Shown one piece after another: positions 18,214 to 27,017 of a DNA stretch of 64,000 nt. The notes below the pieces were generated by a model that had not been told where the DNA came from, searched no databases, and worked only from the letters and a program-made list of their open reading frames with translations. A program made the position numbers and the translations under genes. The stretch spans positions 7,619-71,618 of the forward strand of contig JAGASI010000025.1 in NCBI GenBank assembly GCA_017621845.1. Direction: 5' to 3'. Source of the DNA: Muribaculaceae bacterium. GTDB lineage: Bacteria > Bacteroidota > Bacteroidia > Bacteroidales > Muribaculaceae. Position 1 is the first letter of the stretch; the number at the start of each line of letters is the position of its first letter.

Positions 18214-19938
18214 TTAGAACATTACTCCTAAGTTGACGGTCATTTTGCGCTGATGGCACTTAGCCTCCTCAATAACCATATTGGGATTATTCGTCAAACC
18301 CCAACCATAATTAAACGAACACTGTAAAGCCTTAAATCTTAAGCCGACCTGAACCTCGCCATTAAGTTGAAACGCATTCCATAGTCCATATTCCTTACGA
18401 TCAATATCATATTTTTCGTCTCCATACTCGAGTTCAAGGCCCAAACCTATATCCATACCTATACCACCGGTAGCATATATGGCAAAGTTACTTGTAAATG
18501 GTAATTTATATCCAATCTGTGCCGGAATGTACAAGTTATACTCTGTAAAATCCATTCCGTCACTGCTGCTAAAATAAAATTCAGCAAACAGACCGGTATT
18601 AACAATAAAGCCTTTGCCCAGCTCAGGCATGATGGGTACACCTATTTGAACACCATTGAGCGTTTTAACAGGATCCTCCCATAGCAATTCCAGTGTCTCT
18701 TTACGCGAGTCCATCGAACCGACATATTGCTTGCTGACCCAAGCTGCCGACATACCCCAAATACGTTTTTTATAATCAACGTCGAGAGGATTCCACCGTT
18801 CACGACGAGGAGTGAGTGCCATTGTAAAATCTGACGGAGTAGCCTGATTTACTTTAAGGGTTTTGGTGCTACGTGAGCCTGCATAAACCATCTCAACCTT
18901 ATACTTACCATAAGGGAGGACGCGTGTGACCGGGGTCTGTCCTATCTCAGTATTCTTAAAACCCTCCTGGGGGTTAGTTATCGTTACATTGATGCCCGAT
19001 GTCGGAGTGTTGGCATAGATACCGCTGAACTGAATAGTACGTGTCTGCGAAGCCTTGATATTAAAATAGTTTTGAGTGGGAGTGACAGTTATAGGTCGCT
19101 CAACACCACCTTCCCCACCTTGTTTCAGTGAACGTACAGTAACCGTATGTTTACCTTCAAACAACTTTAGAGTATAGACTCGGGTTGTCGGGAAATAAGC
19201 TTCAGGCTCATTATCTATAGTAATACCGGCTCCGGCCTCATCAGTCTCAAAAGTCACGTCTATTGGCGTGCGCGTATCGGCATTGAACGTGGTGGTGTGT
19301 TTGGACACTTCAATATTTTCAGTCTTTGAACGACCGTCTTTCATATACTTGACAGCATGGCTGCCAAGATTTATATTATTGACAGACAGGGGCTCGCCGG
19401 CTTTAGTGACACCCACGCTTTTGCCGTCGAGTATAACTTCAGTTCCACCAATAGGGTCTGTAAAACTTATAGTTGTCAAATCGACTCCCTCAAGCGTGAG
19501 GGTATACATCTGTTCCGATTCATAGTCATACTCGGGGACACGCACCTTGCCAAGGCCGTCAATCTGATCAAAATCTATCTCACACTTTCCGGAATCAAAA
19601 AATATCCAATACTCAATTTGGCCGTCCCACTCATGGTACTCCGTCTTGACAACATGTTTGCCATTATTGGGTGTTGCCCTAAATTTGTCACGTATATCAC
19701 TAAACGCCAATGTCTTAAATTTCACTCTCAATAAAGTTGTTTTCTTGTTACCATCATGATCCATTGGGAAGTCCACCAACGACGAAGCCATATTAGTTTG
19801 TCCAAGGTCATTCTTGGTCTGCTTTATGTCCGAGCTGTTGGTAAGTCTTAACGACCCATTCACATACTTTATTTCTGCATGAGCGCCTAAAGTAGAAAGC
19901 GCTATAATTAACAATGCGATTATATTTTTAAATTTCAT
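18214..19938 (-). CDS. PEGA-domain protein with C-terminal outer-membrane beta-barrel
   Basis: Signal MKFKNIIALLIIALSTLGAHA (start moved to ATG 19938); PEGA-like repeats (VILDGKSVGVT, EIGQTPVTRVLPYGKYKV); alternating beta pattern ending ...NLGVMF. Confidence 0.7.
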   Translation of the reverse strand: MKFKNIIALLIIALSTLGAHAEIKYVNGSLRLTNSSDIKQTKNDLGQTNMASSLVDFPMDHDGNKKTTLLRVKFKTLAFSDIRDKFRATPNNGKHVVKTEYHEWDGQIEYWIFFDSGKCEIDFDQIDGLGKVRVPEYDYESEQMYTLTLEGVDLTTISFTDPIGGTEVILDGKSVGVTKAGEPLSVNNINLGSHAVKYMKDGRSKTENIEVSKHTTTFNADTRTPIDVTFETDEAGAGITIDNEPEAYFPTTRVYTLKLFEGKHTVTVRSLKQGGEGGVERPITVTPTQNYFNIKASQTRTIQFSGIYANTPTSGINVTITNPQEGFKNTEIGQTPVTRVLPYGKYKVEMVYAGSRSTKTLKVNQATPSDFTMALTPRRERWNPLDVDYKKRIWGMSAAWVSKQYVGSMDSRKETLELLWEDPVKTLNGVQIGVPIMPELGKGFIVNTGLFAEFYFSSSDGMDFTEYNLYIPAQIGYKLPFTSNFAIYATGGIGMDIGLGLELEYGDEKYDIDRKEYGLWNAFQLNGEVQVGLRFKALQCSFNYGWGLTNNPNMVIEEAKCHQRKMTVNLGVMF

Positions 19939-20028
19939 GATTATTTTATTCTGGTTAGGGTTAAAATATTTTTTTACTAACATAATTTATACTTATTGTC
20001 AAACATTTATCAATAAGTTTGAACCTGT

Positions 20029-21987
20029 TTATTCCACGGGGTAGTGACGTTTTAAGAGTTCAATATCAAATTTTTCAGGTAGCCATGTGCGCACCCTGAT
20101 TTGAGGGTTCTCTCCACGCATATCAAGCATTAGCGCAAGATAACCTATGTCAGAGTAGTTTGATGAGTTATAAAACTGCTTAAGTTGGATCCAATAGATA
20201 TTATTGAACATACAGGCAACAGACTGTATCTCGTTTTCCTCAAACTTAATTTGAATATACTTTTTAAATTTAAAGTCATTGGACAGCTTTTTCATATATG
20301 AATCCTTGGTATAAGAGGTATACTCAAAACCACCATTGCTGAGTCCATCCACTCCATTATCAAGTCGTCGGCTGGCTGATTGTTGGGGAGTAATCCTTTT
20401 ACCGGTGATAATTATGGCTCCGTCTGAAAATATACTCCGGATATAATCCTCACGTTTCAAGGCAAAAGCCGTCTGATAGTCTTCCATAAACTGCTTGATG
20501 GCATACCTAACATCCAAGCCCCAGCTGTTATCTCTAAAGATGTCTTGTTCAGCACGTTGACTTAATGCAAAAGCAACACTCTGAATTTTGTTCTCAACAT
20601 TAAATCTCAAAACAATGCGCTCGTTAACCTTATGCCCTGAGGCATATTGTAATTGCACCGGTATATCCTTGGCGACAATAAAGTTGCCCGACTGCTCTAT
20701 TGTTACAGGGGTATTTAGACCCTGGCTGAGTATAACTCTACCCTTACGGTGATTATTTTCATTTACAGCTGTCATCATTTTCAGAAACAAGGCATAACCC
20801 TCAGGAGTAAAACTGTTTTTGACAGAGCTATAATCACCTGACCTTATAGCCGCTTTAACCATCTGCACAACATCAATCATAGGCATAGCTTCTGTTGTGT
20901 CCATTGCTTGGCGGTCGGTAGTCTGCTTGCGGGGAGGCGCAACCATTGGAGATACTACCGCTACACCTTTCTTATCGGTGACACCCTCGGCAACATCTTT
21001 ACCGATTTTAAACTTCTTTGTTATCGTGCCCGAGCATTTCACCTCATGATTGGATTGTGAAAACGTTGGAGTCGGCTTGACCGGAAAAATTGATTTAAGA
21101 TCCTCGTCCATGTTCATTCCTTCTTCCTCATATTTATATCTATATTGGAGGTCAAAATTTTTGGGAAGAGAAGGGAAAGCAAGAGTTGCCTCTCCATTGG
21201 TGGCGTGCATGTTTTCAATTTTTTTCAATCCATTATTGTAAGAAAAATCGAGGTCAACAACCGGATACCCACCATAGGTAAACTTTAGGGTGACAAGATA
21301 AGGGTCAAGTTCTCCGGGCTGTTCTATGACATCTTGCAATGAAACATGTATGGATGACAGTATATCAGAGATATGTGATTGCAACCACACCTTGGCGGTC
21401 ACTGACTCTCCACCCACATCAATCTTGATGGCCTCGGGATGCATACGTGCGATGGCATACGCCCAATTGAAATATCTTAGAGCCGAGGCCACCGCTGCTT
21501 TTTGTTCTTGTTTAATACCCTCGGCCGCATACTCTTTTACCCGGTCGGCAAGATAAACAAATTGTTCTTGGACATCTGTTTTGCGCACATACCTGAACAC
21601 CACACAGTTAGGTTCTTCGCTCAGAACAATTTCCTCAGTAGGACCAAGAAAAGCAACTGACGAGATGGTCGTTGATGAGTGCATCTCCTCGACATCACCT
21701 TCGGCTCCATCCGACAACTTTTCAGAATAATTTGAGTAAATCTTTGCATTTACACTGCGGGCAAGATTAGCAAGAGCCTCCCTGTCTGCATCATCATGGG
21801 TCACGCCCGACCCCTGTCCATAGTAATAAATGTTGGAGGAATTTTTAATTTTCTCCACAAGACTTTGTGCCAAATCATTATTAGCCCGAACGTTATAATT
21901 CAAACAGCAAAAAAGCATCAAGGACACTATTGCCCTTAAAAGCCTACAGATTTTATATTTATACTGAGAATGCATAACGATAGACAT
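20029..21987 (-). CDS. LPP20-like domain envelope protein with C-terminal NTF2-like/unknown domain
   Basis: N-terminal YYYGQGSGVTHDDADREALANLARSV resembles the LPP20 family. The C-terminus (DYQTAFALKREDYIRSIFSD...YSDIGYL) is of unknown function. Confidence 0.55.
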   Translation of the reverse strand: MSIVMHSQYKYKICRLLRAIVSLMLFCCLNYNVRANNDLAQSLVEKIKNSSNIYYYGQGSGVTHDDADREALANLARSVNAKIYSNYSEKLSDGAEGDVEEMHSSTTISSVAFLGPTEEIVLSEEPNCVVFRYVRKTDVQEQFVYLADRVKEYAAEGIKQEQKAAVASALRYFNWAYAIARMHPEAIKIDVGGESVTAKVWLQSHISDILSSIHVSLQDVIEQPGELDPYLVTLKFTYGGYPVVDLDFSYNNGLKKIENMHATNGEATLAFPSLPKNFDLQYRYKYEEEGMNMDEDLKSIFPVKPTPTFSQSNHEVKCSGTITKKFKIGKDVAEGVTDKKGVAVVSPMVAPPRKQTTDRQAMDTTEAMPMIDVVQMVKAAIRSGDYSSVKNSFTPEGYALFLKMMTAVNENNHRKGRVILSQGLNTPVTIEQSGNFIVAKDIPVQLQYASGHKVNERIVLRFNVENKIQSVAFALSQRAEQDIFRDNSWGLDVRYAIKQFMEDYQTAFALKREDYIRSIFSDGAIIITGKRITPQQSASRRLDNGVDGLSNGGFEYTSYTKDSYMKKLSNDFKFKKYIQIKFEENEIQSVACMFNNIYWIQLKQFYNSSNYSDIGYLALMLDMRGENPQIRVRTWLPEKFDIELLKRHYPVE

Positions 21988-22012
21988 TAAAATAAAATGT
22001 TAACTCTAAAAC

Positions 22013-22654
22013 TCAATTTGAGCTATCATCGTTAATCCATTCCTCTATAGAGCGAGCAACTTCTATCGCAAGTTTTTGTTTTTCGGCCGTTTGTTTAAGG
22101 GCTCTTACAGCCGCTGAGTTAGCTTTATCAATATCCACGACAAAAAACACTTGCACGTCATACAAGCCATTTCTTTCGCGCACATATTGCAAAGATTGTT
22201 GCAACTCACCTTTAATCTCGGTTGTATATAGTGCGGTAAAGGCATTCATAAAATTTTCAATCTCCACCTCACTCATATCGCCTACAGCATCGGTTATTTT
22301 CCCTTTAACAGCCATGTGTTGCTCTTCAGCATATTTACGCACAGCCTCGGCACGAGCCTCGGAGACTGCAACACGTACCTTTTTCTTACCCATGACTTCA
22401 CCAATAACTTCTGTACCGTTACCGCCAAATTCAGCTAATTTCTGACAATGTTTAGTGAGAGCAATCTCGTCGTCAAGACTACCTTGGACCTGCCACCCCT
22501 CTTTTTTTAATTTTTTTGCTCGTTTTTTGGCATTTTTTTGAGCATCCTTGCGATTTTGTTTTTGCTCTTTGGCAACGTTATCGGCATTTACTGACACCGG
22601 TAATACTGTTGCAGCGCTCATGATGATAGCGAGTGCAAGAATTAGTTTTTTCAT
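22013..22654 (-). CDS. Secreted hypothetical protein, LPP20-like fold suspected
   Basis: Signal peptide; AKKRAKKLKKEGWQV; ARAEAVRKYAE..VKGKI pattern. First gene of a four-gene co-oriented cassette. Confidence 0.6.
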   Translation of the reverse strand: MKKLILALAIIMSAATVLPVSVNADNVAKEQKQNRKDAQKNAKKRAKKLKKEGWQVQGSLDDEIALTKHCQKLAEFGGNGTEVIGEVMGKKKVRVAVSEARAEAVRKYAEEQHMAVKGKITDAVGDMSEVEIENFMNAFTALYTTEIKGELQQSLQYVRERNGLYDVQVFFVVDIDKANSAAVRALKQTAEKQKLAIEVARSIEEWINDDSSN

Positions 22655-23107
22655 AATAATTGGTTTTATTTGTTAATGAATAAAATTAATGTCATTCTTG
22701 AGGGCTGACCCCAAGCCCTTAACTCATTAATTTTTGACATTAACATATATAAAACCAAAATGCGTGGGATCCTTACCTTTGCCCGTCTCCGGGTCGAGAG
22801 GCCTTCGCATTGCCCTATGCCTTGGAGACGAGCAACGCAGAAGCCCACGCTCTGGTTATATAAATAAACCTACCCAATATGAACTTTTCTGTAGCCATCA
22901 TCGGCTTCAGGCGGCTCATATATGTCAGGGCGGCTCTTTAGATACCAGCCATGAACATCTATCGTTGCCATGTCCTTGAAGGCATTTTGTGAGGAAGTTG
23001 CGAAGTTTCTCAATCCCAAGAACAAAGCGCTGATAAACGCTATTTTATGATATGTCCTATCCCACCAGCTCACAGTCCCCGTGGGTTCTGCTTTAGGTAA
23101 GATGTCA

Positions 23108-23115
23108 CAAATTTA
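23108..23115 (-). promoter_or_regulatory. -7 box probably driving the four-gene cassette
   Basis: Plus-strand caaattta reads TAAATTTG on the minus strand, about 450 nt upstream of ATG 22654. Confidence 0.5.
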
Positions 23116-23209
23116 ACAATAAAAATATATTTCCACAAAATAATAAATATATTTTTCTTTTTGCTCAATAATATCTCTCAATAATACACCAAATAGTGGT
23201 TACAAATGT

Positions 23210-23249
23210 GCGCCGGGCTTGGTAACACAGTGTTTACCAAGCCCGGCGC
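23210..23249 (-). terminator. Terminator after porZ
   Basis: 16-bp perfect stem gcgccgggcttggtaa/ttaccaagcccggcgc. Confidence 0.85.
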
Positions 23250-23276
23250 TCAATGTTTATAAGTTTAAGCTACGGA

Positions 23277-25724
23277 TCAATTGATGACGACAATCTTGGT
23301 GACGGCGGCCGAGGAGGAGCCGTTCTCGTTCTGGGAGGCAAACACAAGGTAGACACCTGTGTGAACACGATTGCCGGCGGCATCGCAACCATCCCACGCT
23401 ATCATGCCGCCTTCAGAACGGCCTTGGTACAACACATTACCGGCGGTATCGGCAATCTTGACAAGTGAGTTGTCCATGAGACCGGTGATTGTAATCCAAC
23501 CCGTATAGTCGGGACGAACAGGATTGGGGTAGGCATATACTTCAGAATAGTCTTGATGGGACGGTGAAGCGGTCGAGGAATAACGCACCAGACCGGTTGC
23601 CAGTCCGATATATACATAGTTGGACTTGGGGTCACATGCTACAGAATATACCGCGTTGGAGGGTAATGGTGAGTTATCGGCAGTAAAATGCTGGAGTATC
23701 TGGTCTCCATCCTCGCTGACAAGATAAAGGCCCGAGCTCTCGGTGGCAATCCACTTGCGATTGATACCGTCAACGGCTATACAGTTGATTTGGTCGGTCG
23801 ACAGCAGGTAGTCGGCCAGACCGGTACCGTCGTTACGGGGTACTTTGAGACGTTTGACGCGAGCTGTAGCGTTGGTAAAGTCATCCGGGCGGGTGAGCTC
23901 GACTATACCGGTGGTTGAGCCCAACCACACACGGCCTTTCTGATCCTCGACGCCACAAACCCAGTGTACAGGGGCAAAGGTATTACCATCCTGGTCGGTA
24001 AATGATTTCCATGACATGAATGTATCATCACCGGTATTGGTATATGTACCCTTGGTATCATAGGCATAGACCGGGAAACTCCAACCGCCGTCCCATATAA
24101 TAACCATATTGGATTTTTTACATATCACCGAGCCCATATCCTGAGCTCCGATATATGTTCCGGCGAGCTTGGTTTTAATCCAGTCATCCTTGGTTACCTT
24201 TGACAGGTCGCCACGCACTTTTTCGCGTGGCAGGATTATGTATGACGGGTTATTGGTGTTATTAGGGAACCAGCTGCCTACCCACAGGTTGCCCTCGGGG
24301 TCAAAGTTGACATCATATACACGAGGCGTTGGTGGACGGTTGACTGTCCACTGTGCCAACATAGGCGTATTAGATGAATTGAAATATTGTATCTCTTTGC
24401 CATCTTCACATACAAACAATCCCTGGGTAGCATTGCCTTGGTAGTATCGACGTGGATTCTCGGGGTCGACAGTCAGTCGTGAAGGTCCACCGAACATATA
24501 CTTGGTATTAGTCGTTGCCTGCATATCGGCGCTACTTCCGGCCTGAGCATTGGTAGCTTCTGTAAGAGCGACACTGAAAGGCCGACCGTTCTCAATACAA
24601 TCGGCATACTGTCTCAACCAGAGTGCACCGCCGTTCCATCCAACAGTTTTGAAGCCGGTATCGCCGATATTGGATGCATAGATGCGTGACCCGTCGGCCG
24701 ACACATTAAGATAAGCAACCTGGTCTACAGTGGTGGCTTCGGGTTTCATCTTGTCGGCCAGCAAGGTGGGTGTACCACTTGAGAGATCATAATTGGCGAC
24801 GCCCGAGGCATCAATACCCCAAACCGAGTTGAAGTCTTTATTCCACACCAACAACTGATTCTTGACTGTGTCATCAAGACTTTTGCGTGCCACGATATTA
24901 CCTGTCCTGTCAAGAGTAATAATCTCGGTGTCGGTCTGGGTATGGATATTACCATCGGCTCCTTCCTGTAGATATTTACCGCCCAGAATTTCAAGGGCTG
25001 TACCGTTATAATCGCTCATATCGGCAGTCACATCAATATAATACAGGTTATTGTTAGAGCTGTTGATGTAATAAAAGTCATCGCCTGTCGTGATAAAGCA
25101 CTGGGGGGACATGCCATACCATTTATTAAAGACATCCCAGGTATTATGACGTCCCTCAATTGGAGCGCGATATATAGTATAGCTTTCACGGGGATAAACC
25201 ATGATATTACCATTGCATATAAATACAAACTGTAAATCTTGATTGTAGACTCCCGACTCGATGACCTGATGTTTACGGCTATCAAATATTACAAGGCCAA
25301 AGCTTGTAGCGACATATATTTTACCATCATTGAAAGTCACATCGTTAACTGTCTTGACAACCGACAATGCCGCATCCTTGATATCGGGGAGGTTGACAAC
25401 ACGACCGTTATCATACACCATGTCAATGTTGGCATTGTTGTATACCACCAACAGATATTTTTCTTCAGGGTTATATTTGGCAAGCGTGATATTGGTATCA
25501 GCGAGCTTGTTCTGGGTCGAATAGGTATAAGACTCGTTGGTGTCTTTATTATAGCTGTAAAGACTGCCACCCGAGACATAATAGACCATAGACTGTGTGT
25601 CATAGAATGACTGAACCTCACCGGTGAAGCGGGGGAACACATACCACTCGCCTACACTCTGTCCCTGAGAGGATTGTGCCAGGGCAACAATAGCACATAA
25701 TGTTATTAGGACTTGTCTGAACAT
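23277..25724 (-). CDS. porZ: T9SS component PorZ (beta-propeller protein with CTD)
   Basis: Propeller repeats (AVDGINRKWIATESSGLYLVS, SPLPSNAVYSVA) and C-terminal VYAYPNPVRPDYTGWITITGL...GVYLVF. Adjacent to a HAM1/RdgB gene. Confidence 0.85.
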   Translation of the reverse strand: MFRQVLITLCAIVALAQSSQGQSVGEWYVFPRFTGEVQSFYDTQSMVYYVSGGSLYSYNKDTNESYTYSTQNKLADTNITLAKYNPEEKYLLVVYNNANIDMVYDNGRVVNLPDIKDAALSVVKTVNDVTFNDGKIYVATSFGLVIFDSRKHQVIESGVYNQDLQFVFICNGNIMVYPRESYTIYRAPIEGRHNTWDVFNKWYGMSPQCFITTGDDFYYINSSNNNLYYIDVTADMSDYNGTALEILGGKYLQEGADGNIHTQTDTEIITLDRTGNIVARKSLDDTVKNQLLVWNKDFNSVWGIDASGVANYDLSSGTPTLLADKMKPEATTVDQVAYLNVSADGSRIYASNIGDTGFKTVGWNGGALWLRQYADCIENGRPFSVALTEATNAQAGSSADMQATTNTKYMFGGPSRLTVDPENPRRYYQGNATQGLFVCEDGKEIQYFNSSNTPMLAQWTVNRPPTPRVYDVNFDPEGNLWVGSWFPNNTNNPSYIILPREKVRGDLSKVTKDDWIKTKLAGTYIGAQDMGSVICKKSNMVIIWDGGWSFPVYAYDTKGTYTNTGDDTFMSWKSFTDQDGNTFAPVHWVCGVEDQKGRVWLGSTTGIVELTRPDDFTNATARVKRLKVPRNDGTGLADYLLSTDQINCIAVDGINRKWIATESSGLYLVSEDGDQILQHFTADNSPLPSNAVYSVACDPKSNYVYIGLATGLVRYSSTASPSHQDYSEVYAYPNPVRPDYTGWITITGLMDNSLVKIADTAGNVLYQGRSEGGMIAWDGCDAAGNRVHTGVYLVFASQNENGSSSAAVTKIVVIN

Positions 25725-25796
25725 GTATAGTATTTATTGGTTTTATTATTATTCTTTGGTTTGATGTTATTGAAGTAATGGGGAGAGAATAGTAGG

Positions 25797-26387
25797 TCAA
25801 GTTGACAGATAGGCGACGAGACCGGCCGAAGCACGCGCGCGGTGGGATATGGAGTTTTTCATTTCGGGGGATGCCTGACCAAATGTTATCTTCCAGTCGG
25901 CCGGGCGGAATACCGGGTCATACCCAAACCCGCCTGCTCCTTGTGGAGCCTCGGTGATAAAGCCTTCGACACGGCCCTCAAACAATTGTGGGTCACATCC
26001 ATGCTCAATAAGCGCGATTACAGTGCGAAAACGCGCCGAACGGTCTTGATCTTTGACGCCCTCGAGATTGTGCAACAACAGTCGGGTATTGGCCTCGGCA
26101 TCATGTCCTGGACCGGGAGCATAGCGAGCCGAGTGAACGCCCGGTGCTCCGCCAAGGGCATCAACTTCAAGCCCCGTATCATCGGCGATACAGTCGAGAT
26201 TATATCGCTCGGCAACCCAGCGGGCTTTTATCACGGCGTTTTCTTCAAGAGTAGTGCCATCCTCGGGGATATCTACCCGGCAACCGATATCGGCCAGCGA
26301 CAACACCTCATAGCACTCGCCTAACAGGGAGCGCATCTCGTCGAGCTTATGTGTATTGTTTGTGGCAAATATTATCTGTCGTGCCAT
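25797..26387 (-). CDS. rdgB: Non-canonical purine NTP pyrophosphatase (RdgB/HAM1)
   Basis: FATNNTHKL, ADDTGLEVDALGGAPGVHSARYA, GFGYDPVF, ISHRARA. Confidence 0.95.
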   Translation of the reverse strand: MARQIIFATNNTHKLDEMRSLLGECYEVLSLADIGCRVDIPEDGTTLEENAVIKARWVAERYNLDCIADDTGLEVDALGGAPGVHSARYAPGPGHDAEANTRLLLHNLEGVKDQDRSARFRTVIALIEHGCDPQLFEGRVEGFITEAPQGAGGFGYDPVFRPADWKITFGQASPEMKNSISHRARASAGLVAYLST

Positions 26388-26450
26388 AGCTTATCGGTGG
26401 ATTTTATTCTATCTATATTTAACGTCAATATCAGGTGGTTTATTGTATAA

Positions 26451-27017
26451 TTACAGTCGTGTCAAAATAGTCTGTCGAGGCAGGTTATGACGTCTTACCG
26501 TCAATGCTACTCCGGCTCGTGAATCTATCGTCATAGCATTGTAACCCGGTGCCTGTACAACTGCGTTCCACGACTGCCGCCTCAGATGTCGGTTCAACCC
26601 TAAGGTTATTGTCCAATTGCCCTTGTTGCTGTGGGGCCGAGAGACCGGCAATCCGGGTATTTTGTCGGCATCTATTATTGTCATATCGGCATCATCAAGC
26701 TCCACTCCTGAATAGACAGTCACGCGACAATTTTCAGACACAATTGAGGATATGACTGTCAGCCATGCAGTGACATGTCCGGGATTGTCACATACCAGCA
26801 CCACCGATTGTGGACTACGCGCCGAGACTAATCTATAGGCGACTCTCACGTCATGTCTTTTAAGATGTCTTATCACCTCGGTAGCGGCCTCCTCATAGTA
26901 ATAGCAGGCATAACGGTCACGCACCACATTTTTTATCAAGTGGTAGGCCAACGGAGAGTGCACCCCGAAGCCGCGCCCATGACGCCACATTTTATATGAC
27001 CGCCAGGGATTGAACAT
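26451..27017 (-). CDS. Conserved Bacteroidales hypothetical protein (methyltransferase-like N-terminus)
   Basis: RGFGVHSPLAY motif. No SAM-binding GxGxG motif is visible. Start overlaps the yfhO stop by 1 nt. Confidence 0.6.
   Translation of the reverse strand: MFNPWRSYKMWRHGRGFGVHSPLAYHLIKNVVRDRYACYYYEEAATEVIRHLKRHDVRVAYRLVSARSPQSVVLVCDNPGHVTAWLTVISSIVSENCRVTVYSGVELDDADMTIIDADKIPGLPVSRPHSNKGNWTITLGLNRHLRRQSWNAVVQAPGYNAMTIDSRAGVALTVRRHNLPRQTILTRL

Noticed and set aside
22870-23073. 67-aa GTG-start ORF in the cassette leader
   Set aside because: Weak start and no motif; cannot be supported without homologues or ribosome profiling.
16252-23209. Integrative element or defence island
   Set aside because: No integrase, transposase, terminal direct repeats or nuclease/NTPase motifs were seen. 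All four products look exported, so I kept it as an envelope cassette only.
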